This document shows positions 39,699 through 50,441 of a DNA stretch of 64,000 nt, one piece after another. Positions within the stretch are counted from its first letter, which is position 1; the number at the start of each line of letters is the position of its first letter. The translations under genes and the position numbers were made by a program. This stretch comes from Promethearchaeati archaeon SRVP18_Atabeyarchaeia-1 (lineage in GTDB: Archaea > Asgardarchaeota > Atabeyarchaeia > Atabeyarchaeales > Atabeyarchaeaceae): NCBI GenBank assembly GCA_037308085.1, contig CP147779.1:544001-608000 (forward strand). The letters are read 5' to 3'. The notes below the pieces were generated by a model. That model did not search any database, had not been told where the DNA came from, and was given only the letters and a program-made list of their open reading frames with translations.

Positions 39699-40457
39699 TT
39701 GCCAGAGAAAGCAGGAAGAACTAGGATACTCGTGGGAGTCGAAGGGGTCGAAGAATCAGCAAGGACGAATGACATTATCATAGTTGTGGATGTACTCAGA
39801 GCTAGCAGTACCATAGTCACCGCCCTTGCCAACGGGGCCTTGAGCATTTTGCCGACTCTGACCGTAAAGCAGGCGAGGGCAACAGCGAGGTCGATGCCCG
39901 ACTCAATTCTTGGCGGGGAAAGAAAGGGATTGAGAATACCCAAGTTTGAGCTTGGAAACTCCCCCCTTGAGTATACAACTCAAGCTGTGAAGGGCAGGAA
40001 GATAGTATTTACGACGACCAATTGCACAAGAGTACTCGAAAGGTGCAAGGAGTTGCCTTCGGTTACTAAAGTATATATTGGGGCGTTTCTGAACGCCGCA
40101 GCGATCGCGAAGAAGGTGAGGATGTTACTACAGGAGTCTGAGAGACGAGTAACGATAGTCCAAGCAGGCACTGGAGGAAGATCAAGCTTAGATGATCTGG
40201 TATGCGCCGAATTCATAGAAGAGATCATCGAGGCTAGCGGTGAAGTGAAATTGACGCCAAATCTGGGCGCCATAATTAGCTCAATTTCATACGCAGTTCT
40301 CTCCAATACTAAACACGGAAGATACCTTGCCAGCATAGGGTTCGAGAGCGATGTGAAGTACTGCAGTCAACTAAGCATATTCGATGTGACTCCCAGACTA
40401 CAGAGTGGCGGAGGGATGGCAGCCATAATTGAGGAATCTGCTCAACGCAAAAACTAG
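39699..40457 (+). CDS. comB: 2-phosphosulfolactate phosphatase family
   Basis: VDVLRASSTI, GGER.G..GNSP.E, TTTN.T. Confidence 0.88.
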   Translation: MPEKAGRTRILVGVEGVEESARTNDIIIVVDVLRASSTIVTALANGALSILPTLTVKQARATARSMPDSILGGERKGLRIPKFELGNSPLEYTTQAVKGRKIVFTTTNCTRVLERCKELPSVTKVYIGAFLNAAAIAKKVRMLLQESERRVTIVQAGTGGRSSLDDLVCAEFIEEIIEASGEVKLTPNLGAIISSISYAVLSNTKHGRYLASIGFESDVKYCSQLSIFDVTPRLQSGGGMAAIIEESAQRKN

Positions 40458-40468
40458 CGGGGCTTTCC

Positions 40469-41146
40469 CTAGGGAAGCCAGATGATTTTCTGCTGGGATT
40501 CTGGTAAGTAGAACCGTCGGAGACCATAATCTTCGGCCAACTTATAGAGAATCAGAAGACCGAGTCTGCCGCCCTCACTGAGATCGACAATAACCTCGTG
40601 AGAGGCCAGTTCGTCTATGATTACCCCTTCGAAGACCCTCTTGAGACCCGCAGAGTCTCTTTCCAGCATGTCTTCTGAGACAAAGACAAATTTGACATTA
40701 CCCGGGACTCCTGAGACCTTCTTTCTAAATTCCTCGCGTGCTACAAAGTAATATCGGATCGGTTTGAGGTCATCCGCCTTGAGGGCGGACTCCACGAAGC
40801 TCACGCTCCTAAACCTTTCCTCCGACCCACCGACACACACCACAGGGGATTTGGTGCCAAAGTACTCGCGGACAGGTTGAAGCCACATCGGGTCAAGTTC
40901 CACCTCTTTTCCGCGCCATTTACCGTGAATCTTTACAAGGCGCGCTTCAAGCAGAACCTGCAGGTTGTAGTAAAGCCTGGCGTTAGAGATTCTGGACCTC
41001 AGCCTTTCTGCGAGAAAACTCCGAAGATCCAATCCAGTTTTGGACCCCCCGGCCAGCGCCTCCAATAGTAATTCCCGCGCCTTCACGCCCCCTATGACAG
41101 TTGAAACGAACCCTCCGCCGTGATTTCTATAACTCATATTAATCAT
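40469..41146 (-). CDS. Winged-HTH + CARF-like domain transcription regulator
   Basis: N-terminal wHTH (LYYNLQVLLEARLV); C-terminal Rossmann-like region with VIVDLSEGGR, resembling the CARF D(I/L)(T/S)GG.(K/R) motif. Confidence 0.6.
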   Translation of the reverse strand: MINMSYRNHGGGFVSTVIGGVKARELLLEALAGGSKTGLDLRSFLAERLRSRISNARLYYNLQVLLEARLVKIHGKWRGKEVELDPMWLQPVREYFGTKSPVVCVGGSEERFRSVSFVESALKADDLKPIRYYFVAREEFRKKVSGVPGNVKFVFVSEDMLERDSAGLKRVFEGVIIDELASHEVIVDLSEGGRLGLLILYKLAEDYGLRRFYLPESQQKIIWLP

Positions 41147-41168
41147 AAAAGTAATAGCATAATCCAGC

Positions 41169-41184
41169 TATAAAGGTTTTTATA
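41169..41184. promoter_or_regulatory. Back-to-back TATA elements between regulator and actin
   Basis: TATAAA-GGTT-TTTATA inverted repeat in the 112-bp divergent intergenic region. Confidence 0.5.
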
Positions 41185-41258
41185 CGCAGATTCACAACAA
41201 GATGGCACCAGACAAAATTGCATTGCGAACTCAGCTATGAGAAAGGTGAACAATCTAG

Positions 41259-42407
41259 ATGTCCGGACTAGGAGAAGAAATCGTTGCAGCTAAGCCTATA
41301 GTCTTAGACAACGGCAGCGGCTTGACTAAGAACGGGTACGCAGGAGAAGACCGCCCTAGAAGCGTGTGGCCAACCATAATTGGCTACCCTAAGTACACAT
41401 CGATAATGACAGATGTAGAGCATTATACGAGGGAGTACTACATCGGCGAAGAAGCCCTCAACCTTAGGGGCGTCCTGCGGCTAGTCTACCCGGTCGAGCA
41501 CGGAATGATACTCGACTGGCAGGCTATGGAAAAGATATGGCACTTCACGTTCTACAACGACCTGAGAGTCAATCCATCCGAACACCCAATACTTCTGACT
41601 GAGCCTCCACTGAACCCACGCAAGAACAGAGAGAAAATGGCAGAGATTATGTTTGAAACATTCAATGTTCCAGCGATGTACGTCTCAATGCAAGCGGTTC
41701 TCAGCTTGTACGCTTCTGGTCGAACTACGGGACTCGTCGTAGACTCTGGAGACGGCGTGACCCACATTGTCCCTATCTACGAAGGTTTCGCACTAACGCA
41801 TGCTATCAACAGGATAGACCTCGGTGGAAGAGACATCACCGAGTACCTACGTAGGTTACTGAGACAGAGAGGGTACAGCCTTGTCTCTTCGGCTGAAAGA
41901 GAAATCGTTAGAGACATCAAGGAGAAGCTATGCTACGTTGCACTAGAGCCCGAGAAAGAAATGAAACTCGCTGAGAAAGTAGCCGAAATGCAGAAGGAAT
42001 ACGTTCTGCCTGACGGAGAGAAAGTCGTAATCGGTGCAGAGCGGTTCCTCGCGCCTGAGGTTTTCTTCAACCCAGGAGTAATAGGAATGGAAGCTACTCC
42101 GCTCGACGAATCTATTGTGGACTCAATCCGGAAATGCGATGTTGATCTAAGAAGAGAACTATACGCCAACATTGTACTGAGTGGCGGCTCGACTATGTTT
42201 CCAGGACTGAAGGAGCGCTTAGAGAAAGAGATTAAGGAGCTAACGCCTGAGGAAGTCGACGTTAAGATCATCGCTCCTCCTGAGCGTCAGTACTCAGTCT
42301 GGATGGGTGGCTCAATTCTGTCAAGCCTCAAGACATTCCAGAAACTCTGGATCACGAACAAGGAATACAAGGAACAGGGAAGCTCGGTGATTCACCGCTG
42401 CTTCTAG
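41259..42407 (+). CDS. Asgard actin (eukaryote-like actin)
   Basis: [77 protein letters not shown]. Confidence 0.96.
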   Translation: MSGLGEEIVAAKPIVLDNGSGLTKNGYAGEDRPRSVWPTIIGYPKYTSIMTDVEHYTREYYIGEEALNLRGVLRLVYPVEHGMILDWQAMEKIWHFTFYNDLRVNPSEHPILLTEPPLNPRKNREKMAEIMFETFNVPAMYVSMQAVLSLYASGRTTGLVVDSGDGVTHIVPIYEGFALTHAINRIDLGGRDITEYLRRLLRQRGYSLVSSAEREIVRDIKEKLCYVALEPEKEMKLAEKVAEMQKEYVLPDGEKVVIGAERFLAPEVFFNPGVIGMEATPLDESIVDSIRKCDVDLRRELYANIVLSGGSTMFPGLKERLEKEIKELTPEEVDVKIIAPPERQYSVWMGGSILSSLKTFQKLWITNKEYKEQGSSVIHRCF

Positions 42408-42794
42408 AATCAGTCCCACCTCTCTTCTTTTTTTGATTCTGCCCGCTATCTTTTCTCGTCTCTTGATCTCGTATACCCAGCATGCCTGGTTCTTATGCTT
42501 CTCCCTCGTGACCTTCAGGGAGGCTCTGATCGCATCACTCTTCAGCATGCCTCTCTTCATGGATCAAGCAGGCGCGTGCCTCAATCAAAGTGCGCCTTTC
42601 ATCTAGTCCCTAGACGGCATGGGCTTTATCGTTCGATTTGGTGGGCAGGCTCGCGGTGGGCGAAGCCAAGAAGGCAACCCTGCCTTCTACTTCGAGGAGG
42701 AGAAAAAAACACAGGGAAGGACTTCGGCGTGTGGCATCCGCAATTGCCCCGCCCACGCAGACCAACAAAAGATGGAGCAGTCTTAGAGCGCGTT

Positions 42795-43901
42795 CTAGGC
42801 TCTGTCGGCGCGGAAAGTCATCAGCATCTTTGACAACTTGAATTTCTCAAACCCACATTCCCAGAGCGCCTTTCTGAACTGCTGCAGATTTGGGTAGTGC
42901 GTGAACTCAGGGATAACAGTACCAGTCCATTCTCCATGCACGAGGTCTCCTTCCCGAAGATGCATTGGCTCCATTCCCGCAAGACAACCATTTTCCCCAA
43001 GTACGTTTCTAATATTCATGATCACCTTGTTGTAATCGTCTTCCCTGATATAGTGCCAGAACAGAAAAGTGGTCGCAACGTCAAAGTCTTTTCCCGTCTT
43101 GTCGAGGGCTCCATCCCTAGCGTCACCCATCAAGAACTCCACCTCAGCCATCTCCTTCCGGTCAGAGGCTGGAAGTTCTTGGTATCTAACTACTGCCTCA
43201 GAGAACAGGTTCTCATCAAGCTCGAGTCCGACAACGTGACCCTGGGATCCAACTGCCTGGGCGATTTGAATTGTGCTCGTACCAGAGCCACATCCCAAGT
43301 CGATTACGCTCATCCCCGGCTTGATCCCAACAAAGGATATTGCCCGTTTCCTACCTTCCTCCATCAGCTTGGCCCTTAGCCCTATTGAGATTGCTATCAT
43401 TTCCCTCGCTCTTGAGATCTCTGTCTCAGATTCGCCACGGACCACGTGCTTCCAGTTTTTCGCCAGCTCAAAGTGTTGCCCTCTGAGCAGTTCGCCACAG
43501 TACTTGTGAGCCAGCATGTTGTCTACTTCTTCTTTGATGGTTTTAGCTTCCTTGACATGGTCTTTGTGGCATGCCCAGATGTAGCGCGTTGTCCCCCTCG
43601 AGTCCTTCTCCCTTTTCATGACATTGTAACAAACCAAGGAGTCCAGAAACAGCCTGATCTTATCTCTAGCACCCGGAGCATAGTTTTCCGACGCACAGAG
43701 CTGATCGATTGTCGTCGGTTTTGAGAGCATCCTCTGGTAGCCCTCTTCTATTGCTGTCTGGACAGCTATGAATCTGAGCCCCCGACGCAGGGCCCTAGCA
43801 ATTCGATAACTCGTTATGATGTTCAAGCTTGTTCTTCCCTCATCAGAAATCCTTGACCCGAGCATTAAAACTCCACGGACCACTGCAGACAAGTGACCCA
43901 T
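42795..43901 (-). CDS. Class I SAM-dependent methyltransferase with N-terminal wHTH/dimerisation region
   Basis: VIDLGCGSG..VVGLE..GDA. Confidence 0.8.
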   Translation of the reverse strand: MGHLSAVVRGVLMLGSRISDEGRTSLNIITSYRIARALRRGLRFIAVQTAIEEGYQRMLSKPTTIDQLCASENYAPGARDKIRLFLDSLVCYNVMKREKDSRGTTRYIWACHKDHVKEAKTIKEEVDNMLAHKYCGELLRGQHFELAKNWKHVVRGESETEISRAREMIAISIGLRAKLMEEGRKRAISFVGIKPGMSVIDLGCGSGTSTIQIAQAVGSQGHVVGLELDENLFSEAVVRYQELPASDRKEMAEVEFLMGDARDGALDKTGKDFDVATTFLFWHYIREDDYNKVIMNIRNVLGENGCLAGMEPMHLREGDLVHGEWTGTVIPEFTHYPNLQQFRKALWECGFEKFKLSKMLMTFRADRA

Positions 43902-44131
43902 GACTCTCCAGAAACTTCAGATCATCTACTACGGTCCGCCTGAAAAAGGAGAGGCCTACAACACCGACCCATATTATACCTCTGGCACGCGGCAAATCAG
44001 AGATAATAGGCTACGAGCCTTTCTCGCCCTCTTGCATAAGGAATATAACTGGCAATCGTTCCGTAGTAGGCATGTTTAGACATGGTTCCTGAAACGCGTT
44101 CTAGAATACAGAGTTTTTTGGAGTAGGGAAC

Positions 44132-44971
44132 ATGGATAGCGAGATTAAGAATGTAGTCATCATAGGGGCAGGATTCATGGGACGGAACATCACCGCCCAA
44201 ATCGTCCCATATGGCTACAACGTCCACATCTTCTATCATCGATTTGACACAAATCCCACAGCCATAGACGAAGCGAAGAGAATCATAGGTCACCTGCTGA
44301 AGGCGGCTCCTAAGAAGGGACCCCAAGGGACTATAACATATTACAGGAGCCTGTCGGAAGTTCTGAAAAACGCGGATCTAGTTATCGAGTCAGCTCCAGA
44401 GAACCTAGAGCTTAAGAAAAAGCTCTTTGCCGAGATAGATGCGGCTGCACCGCCACGCACCATCATAGCCACAAATAGCTCTTCAATACCAGTCTCAAGG
44501 ATTGAGAATTCTGTGAAGCGAAAAGACAGAGTTCTGAATTTGCATTTCTATCCAAGGGTAAAAATGGTTGACATTATGAGGGGTAGCAAAACAAGCGATG
44601 AGACGTTCGAGAAGGGGAAGAAGTGGATCGAAAGCATCGACTGCCTCCCGCTAGTTGCCAAGAAGGAATCGGTCGGCCTCGTATTCAACAGGGTGTACAT
44701 AGCGATAAATAAAGAATATCTGGACATGTGGGATAGGGGCATCGCCGATATCGAGAACCTCGACAAGGCATGGAACATATTCACCGGGATGCCTCTCGGA
44801 CCGTTTGCCTTGATGGATTGGGTTGGCTTGGACGTTGTCGTAGAAGTCAGTATGGTGGTCTATCAGCTAACAGGTGATCCCAGGTACAAGCCACCTCAGA
44901 AACTCATCGACAAGGTTAACAAAGGTGAGCTTGGCAGGAAAACTGGGAAAGGCTTCTACACGTACAAGTAG
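44132..44971 (+). CDS. 3-hydroxyacyl-CoA dehydrogenase family
   Basis: GAGFMG, ESAPE..LK, TNSSS, GPFALMD.VGLD, G.KTGKGFY. Confidence 0.92.
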   Translation: MDSEIKNVVIIGAGFMGRNITAQIVPYGYNVHIFYHRFDTNPTAIDEAKRIIGHLLKAAPKKGPQGTITYYRSLSEVLKNADLVIESAPENLELKKKLFAEIDAAAPPRTIIATNSSSIPVSRIENSVKRKDRVLNLHFYPRVKMVDIMRGSKTSDETFEKGKKWIESIDCLPLVAKKESVGLVFNRVYIAINKEYLDMWDRGIADIENLDKAWNIFTGMPLGPFALMDWVGLDVVVEVSMVVYQLTGDPRYKPPQKLIDKVNKGELGRKTGKGFYTYK

Positions 44972-45345
44972 ACGAGATATGCAGGTGGAATGGAAGACTC
45001 TTCTTGGGATTCTGCTTGTTCCGATCCCGCGACATGATGCATCGCTGAGCGGTGTCTTCTTTGAATCTTTTCCTCAAACCACCTCCAGAGTGGGGAAAGT
45101 CCGGGAAAGGAAGGCAATTCCGCCTCGAGATGGTCTCTATTGGAAGCTCCGCGCATTAAATAGCGGCATCTTTAGGTCCACCGCGCTACCTCTGACCCGA
45201 TTTGTCTAGCCAGTCATTATCCAGTTCGAAAAGTTGACATCAGCCAACCCCGGAACCACTTTGGGGCGAGTTTCTTTGGGTTTATATCCCATCCTCCCAC
45301 CAACAATGAGGTTGGGAAGATACTTTCATAACAGGCGAGTGGAAA

Positions 45346-47217
45346 TTGACACCGTCCAGGAAATTGCAGGCGCTAGTCATGGTGATTGCGCTCCTCCTGA
45401 TTATGCAGCAGGCATGCGAAACCAGGGCTGAGGGCGACCAGATAATCCACATCTACTTTGTGGAGGTCGACAGCGGAACATACGAGGTTGGACAGAATGT
45501 TAATGTCACCTCGGCATGGTACATTCAATATGATAGCTACTCGATTCCAAGAAATATGCAGCATAATGAAGCAGCAATATCCCTGCTGCGTGGAGGCGTC
45601 TACCTATCATCTGACCAGTGGTTGAATGAGACTGACGGATACCATGCACACGAATCAAGGCTTCTCTTGAACCCGGGCGTGTGGAATCCAGGCCAAGCAG
45701 GTGAGAATGGCGTCGCGGAGTGTTCACTCGCCATGTACACCGATGGCGGGAACCCACTAGGGCCCGACTCCCTGGGGAAGAGCTTCAGGGTGGTACAGGC
45801 AGGGCAGGGTTGCACCTTGATTAAGATACTCCCCACTCCTATCCCCGCAAACGCCACCTCGGTGACCATGTTCCTAAGAGTCTACAACAGGAACAACTCC
45901 ACTTTTGGCGTCAATCTGAACAGAATTAACTTCGACATAACTAACCCGATCGGCATACTTACCGTTAGAAACGGCTCCAGTTTCTCTGATGCAGGGGGGA
46001 ATTTCACATTGACCTTCGATCCGAGCTTCGTCTACGGTCCATACCAGGTCTCACTGGTAAGCCAGGAGAATGGGAGGTACCTTCAAGGGCGATTCAACTA
46101 CACGGTATACGTGAACAAGAGCCCGATCCCATCCAACCTAAGCATACAATGGAGCTATACAGGAATCATGTATAACGCCTCAACAAGCTACGCGCTTGAG
46201 CCTGCGAAGGTCACAGTGAAACTGGCAAGCTGGCTTGATGGCGTGGGAATAAGCGATCAGCAACTGGACATGAAGGTCCTTGACTCCTCAGACTTGGAGG
46301 TAGTCTACGAGACCAGAGAGACGACAAATGCCTCAGGGTTCGCGACCTCCACCTTCACGATTCCATACGCAGGGGAATTCGCTCTAGAAGTATCCTATGA
46401 CGGGCTAATCAACACGTGGCTGGCAGCGGCCAAAACATCTCCAAACCTCATGAAAGCGAAGTGCAGAGACATATCAATAGTCGAGCTTGTGGGACCACCC
46501 CCGGTAGTTGCACTGAACCGCAGCTACCCCGTCAGATACCTTATCCTTGATTTCTTGTCCAACAAGCCAGTTCTGGGGATCAAAGTATGCGCAGAGTTCA
46601 ACAACTCCACAATCGCCGAAGGCCTCACCAACAGCTATGGGGTGACCGATCTGGAAATCGATTTTTCTTCTGGCAGGCTAGATCTCCTAGGTAACACCAC
46701 GCTAATCATAGAGGCGTCCTCCAACTCCCCCAAGCCGGTTTTCGAGGGCACTGCCATAGCCGTGCCCCTCTTCTGCAAGATTCAAACAGTCATCAAGCTG
46801 AAAGCCTCTTTGCAGAACGTGCTGGAAGGCGGAGGCAAACTAGTAGTCACCTCCGAACTATTATTCTCAAACAACACCCCCATTCCAAACCAGACAATAA
46901 TATTCACACTCATCCTAAACCTAGGGGAAGCTCCCTATGACACTGCTTCTGCGGAGACCAACCCACAGGGAACCTGCAACGTCTCGCTGAACCTACCAAG
47001 GCACGGAGCCATAACGATAACAGCCACCTTCATCGGCAACCTAACACTAGACGTCTCCAATGACTCGTGCTCCATCTCAGTCATCCCCGCGTATCAAGAG
47101 CGGCTCTCCTCCTCCACCCCCATCATAGCCTCAGCCATACTTCTCTCGATGATCGCGATGCTAGTCATGGAAAGGACAAGACGAAAAGCAAGATGGCAGG
47201 ACATACGCATCGCATGA
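45346..47217 (+). CDS. Secreted/surface glycoprotein with Ig-like repeats and C-terminal TM anchor
   Basis: Signal peptide, T(N/D)xxG repeats, many NxS/T sites, terminal TM and basic tail. Confidence 0.75.
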   Translation: MTPSRKLQALVMVIALLLIMQQACETRAEGDQIIHIYFVEVDSGTYEVGQNVNVTSAWYIQYDSYSIPRNMQHNEAAISLLRGGVYLSSDQWLNETDGYHAHESRLLLNPGVWNPGQAGENGVAECSLAMYTDGGNPLGPDSLGKSFRVVQAGQGCTLIKILPTPIPANATSVTMFLRVYNRNNSTFGVNLNRINFDITNPIGILTVRNGSSFSDAGGNFTLTFDPSFVYGPYQVSLVSQENGRYLQGRFNYTVYVNKSPIPSNLSIQWSYTGIMYNASTSYALEPAKVTVKLASWLDGVGISDQQLDMKVLDSSDLEVVYETRETTNASGFATSTFTIPYAGEFALEVSYDGLINTWLAAAKTSPNLMKAKCRDISIVELVGPPPVVALNRSYPVRYLILDFLSNKPVLGIKVCAEFNNSTIAEGLTNSYGVTDLEIDFSSGRLDLLGNTTLIIEASSNSPKPVFEGTAIAVPLFCKIQTVIKLKASLQNVLEGGGKLVVTSELLFSNNTPIPNQTIIFTLILNLGEAPYDTASAETNPQGTCNVSLNLPRHGAITITATFIGNLTLDVSNDSCSISVIPAYQERLSSSTPIIASAILLSMIAMLVMERTRRKARWQDIRIA

Positions 47218-47306
47218 CTTCTTCAACATGCTGTGTAGAATTCAGCAAGGGCTACTGACCCAGCTGAAGAGAAGTCATTCACCGTCTCAGACCGAAATGC
47301 TAGCGC

Positions 47307-47660
47307 TCACTTAACGAGGCTCATCAGGAAGCTCCACACTTGGGGAGCCACCGTGTCCCTGAAGAAGTCGAAGCCCGCAACCCAGTCCAGGCATACGACG
47401 AGAATGACGGCGTCGACAGCAATCTCCACGACACGCCTCGGCGTAAAACCAGAGGAAACTCCTCTCCGCACGGCAAACAGCAGCTGGGCAAAGACAACTA
47501 TAGCACCGATGCTGAAGAGAACATCTACGATGTGCTCCACGGCGCCGTTCCCAAGAATGATTTCACTCATGAGATCGATCTCAACCCCATCAGCGGAAGG
47601 TTCACGGCACACCCTATAAATACCCCACCTCAAGAATGCAAATCCCGCAATCCACAACAA
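47307..47660 (-). CDS. Small membrane protein (start probably internal Met)
   Basis: Two hydrophobic segments. Confidence 0.45.
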   Translation of the reverse strand: MLWIAGFAFLRWGIYRVCREPSADGVEIDLMSEIILGNGAVEHIVDVLFSIGAIVVFAQLLFAVRRGVSSGFTPRRVVEIAVDAVILVVCLDWVAGFDFFRDTVAPQVWSFLMSLVK

Positions 47661-47785
47661 TACTCATCAGAAACTTGGCGGTTGCCGAGGAAAACATAGA
47701 CACATAATTGTGCCCTTGAACCCAATTAGCTGCGCTGGTCGATTTCAATTGCCAAAATCGTGATGAGCAGCGTAACTTACTGGGT

Positions 47786-48427
47786 TCAAGCGAGCGCACG
47801 CTTCCGTTCGTAGTGTCGACGCGCCTTGGCGCGGTTGCCGCAGTCCTTCATGTCGCACCACCGGCGGGTACGGTTTCGACTCATATCCAGGAACAGCCAC
47901 CCGCAGTCCTTCGATGAGCACCTTCTTATTCTGTTAATCTCCTTAGAAGTTAGCAGATCTGCCGCGGATCGCGCAATGGACCAAAGTACTCGGCCAAGCT
48001 CGTTTGCCTTGGTGTCAAGAATCCAAGCGAAGCCACCTGACTCTGGCCTGATTTGTGAGTGGGCCATTGCCTCGGACAGCTCAGTATTCAGTGTGGCGAG
48101 ATCCTCGGCGTGCGGCGGATTTCCATCCACGATCGCCGAGAAGACGTGGTATATGACTTCTCTCAGGGCGGTGGCTCGTTTGAGAACTGCAGTTGCCTCT
48201 GTAGGGCGTAGTCTTGCTGACTGGAGAAGCTCTTGCGCTTCGTCGTCGCGCAAGATGCCTGCATGTTGACTCCATGAAATGAGTTCGGAGTAGCTGTTAA
48301 GGCTTTCATGCGAGTGGTCGGTGCCGCGCCAACTGACCGTGTTGGTAAAGTCCAGGCACAGCCACCCGCCAATGAGCTTTAAGTTGCCTGCACCTGTTTC
48401 TTCTTCGTTCATGAGTTCTCTAACCAC
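47786..48427 (-). CDS. ABATE/CGNR zinc-finger protein (DUF1470)
   Basis: LDFTNT, C...C.WLFLD.SRN..RRWC.M..CGNR. Confidence 0.92.
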   Translation of the reverse strand: MVRELMNEEETGAGNLKLIGGWLCLDFTNTVSWRGTDHSHESLNSYSELISWSQHAGILRDDEAQELLQSARLRPTEATAVLKRATALREVIYHVFSAIVDGNPPHAEDLATLNTELSEAMAHSQIRPESGGFAWILDTKANELGRVLWSIARSAADLLTSKEINRIRRCSSKDCGWLFLDMSRNRTRRWCDMKDCGNRAKARRHYERKRALA

Positions 48428-48562
48428 CTAAATGCACTCTTGGCAGCTAAAAGCTTATATACGTATAACCTCCTAATATGACTTTTGACGGTTAGCTCGA
48501 CAGATTGGTTTAGGAGGCCCTAGAACCTGACGACCCTGACACAAGATGTAAAGCAGAAAGCC

Positions 48563-49276
48563 ATGGAACTCGGCTTTGTATCCATTGGCGTTTCTAACCC
48601 TGAAGCGCTCCGGGCACTGCCCTACGGATGGGTGGAAAAAATCGTGAATCTGCGGAGACCCGAAGAGCAACTTCCCACCGTCAAATCGGTAATACTCATG
48701 GCCATGCATGCCTGGGACAACAAGGCATTCAGCTTCGCCATTGACCCACCCAATTGGCTCGGCTACGGAATGCACCCACCCGAACAGCAATTCGACAGCT
48801 ACTACTTCTGCACCGAGATCATGAGGAACAAGGCGTGGCTAATGGTTGAGCATCTCAGAAAAAGCGGCTTCGAATCCACCATTGCTTCTGGATTTCCCCT
48901 CAAGACAGCCGCCGTCAAATGCGGCCTAGGCTGCCAAGGAAAGAACACTCTCCTAATTACCCCCCAGTTCGGACCAAGAGTAAGACTGATCTCAGTGCTA
49001 ACACCAGCACAGCTCGACGCAGACGAACCCTTCAAAGAAGACCTATGCGGAACCTGCGAGAAATGCCTCGCCGCTTGCCCCACAAAGGCGCTTGAACCCC
49101 ACAAGCTGAAAATCACCCGCTGCATGACCTACTCCGTAGAAAGCCCACACTCCTCGGACGTCCCCGACGATGTCAGGAAATTAGAGAAACAATTCGTCGT
49201 GAAGCCCACTCCGAACAGCTACATGGAATGCACAATATGCGCCGATGTCTGCCCCATTGGGAAGACGAAGAAATGA
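48563..49276 (+). CDS. QueG/epoxyqueuosine reductase-like 4Fe-4S protein
   Basis: AAVKCGLG..GKN.L..P.FG.RVRL, CGTCEKC..ACP, CTICADVCP. Confidence 0.8.
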   Translation: MELGFVSIGVSNPEALRALPYGWVEKIVNLRRPEEQLPTVKSVILMAMHAWDNKAFSFAIDPPNWLGYGMHPPEQQFDSYYFCTEIMRNKAWLMVEHLRKSGFESTIASGFPLKTAAVKCGLGCQGKNTLLITPQFGPRVRLISVLTPAQLDADEPFKEDLCGTCEKCLAACPTKALEPHKLKITRCMTYSVESPHSSDVPDDVRKLEKQFVVKPTPNSYMECTICADVCPIGKTKK

Positions 49277-49329
49277 GCCTGATGCTGCACTCCAGGCGGT
49301 TACGGGCCACAGAATAGAAGCAGCCTTCC

Positions 49330-49632
49330 TTATGTCTTAGGCGAGGGCTGCCTACCTTCACCACCAACTTCCCTTATTTCGCCTGCCTTGCTTACCTTGA
49401 ATTTATGCTTAGTCCTCGTAGTTGAGGAGGGCCCTTCATAGAGCTCGCATACGACGGTAAAATCCTTTCTCCCCCTCTTGACAGAGGCTACCGTAATCTC
49501 CTTCCAGTCCGCCACAATCCTATCAGCTGCCCTCTCCATTCCAGCACCCTTCTTCGTCCCAGACTCATTCCTTTCAAGATAGTTTCTTGCAAGCAGGGCA
49601 GCCGTGTCAGCATTGATCTCTTTTTCTTTCAT
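49330..49632 (-). CDS. Hypothetical protein
   Basis: 100-aa ORF with upstream TATA-like element. Confidence 0.5.
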   Translation of the reverse strand: MKEKEINADTAALLARNYLERNESGTKKGAGMERAADRIVADWKEITVASVKRGRKDFTVVCELYEGPSSTTRTKHKFKVSKAGEIREVGGEGRQPSPKT

Positions 49633-49759
49633 GCTAATGCGATCTGCATCCGAATCATATAAGAATTCCCGAAAAAATAGAGCTGCCGCCCCTAAGAGGC
49701 TTAATAAGGCAGCTACACAAGACTATCAGTCAACGAGGCGAGGGTGGGGATGAGGTCGC

Positions 49760-50215
49760 ATGCCTAAGTGCCCAGTCTGCGGTGCCAGCATAAGCTCCAA
49801 CGAGCGGGGGTTCAGAGGACGGGGAACATTCGAATGCCCCGAATGCAAGACAAAGCTCAAACTAAGCAGCTCAGTACACACAGTCATCTACACAACACTG
49901 CTACTCGCAACCATCGCGACCATCATCATACTGGTCCAGACCTCCGGGGGGCTAACAGGCACCCACCAATATACAGTCAATGGCGAAATAGCTGGAGCGT
50001 TGGGCTTTCCCGGATCCTTCTTACTAATTTTCTTCGCCCCCTCCATGTATTGGCTGGAAAAGGCGCCCCTCAAGATCGTTGAGCGAAGACCAAGGTGCAG
50101 CCACTGCAACACCATCATTACGCAGCAAAACCCAGAGTTCTGCCCAAAATGCGGGGAGCGACTGACGACTGAGGACCTAAAGGGCACCTTGCCCCGACGC
50201 ACACCCAAGGGTTGA
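49760..50215 (+). CDS. Zn-ribbon membrane protein
   Basis: CPVC/CPEC, two TM segments, CSHC/CPKC. Confidence 0.7.
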   Translation: MPKCPVCGASISSNERGFRGRGTFECPECKTKLKLSSSVHTVIYTTLLLATIATIIILVQTSGGLTGTHQYTVNGEIAGALGFPGSFLLIFFAPSMYWLEKAPLKIVERRPRCSHCNTIITQQNPEFCPKCGERLTTEDLKGTLPRRTPKG

Positions 50216-50318
50216 TGGGGCGGGTCACCATTCCAGGTAGTATCCGTCGTATATTGGCCCAGAACAGAAGTGAAGGAAGCAGTATTTGGGCAGACCCATA
50301 CACTTGATTAGCCCCGCC

Positions 50319-50346
50319 AGGATCACACCGCTTCAACTCACCCTCA
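50319..50346 (-). repeat. atpB 3'-end copy R4 (28-nt core only)
   Basis: TGAGGGTGAGTTGAAGCGGTGTGATCCT = EGELKRCDP. Confidence 0.8.
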
Positions 50347-50413
50347 CTCTAGTTAAACCTGGATGACTAGAAACCAATCTGCCAAAAGAAAACCAAAAAA
50401 AGAAGGGGAATTG
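50347..50413. repeat. Cassette end arm, copy 1 (includes U-rich terminator on - strand)
   Basis: About 67 nt nearly identical to 54711-54776, abutting the atpB core. Confidence 0.85.
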
Positions 50414-50441
50414 GAGTGTTCCAGCGAGCGCTGCCAATCGC

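Noticed and set aside
1016-49367. Numerous antisense or alternate-frame ORFs in the track (e.g. 12657-13271, 15078-15575, 22189-22677, 29036-29560)
   Set aside because: Fully overlap confidently identified genes and have no motifs
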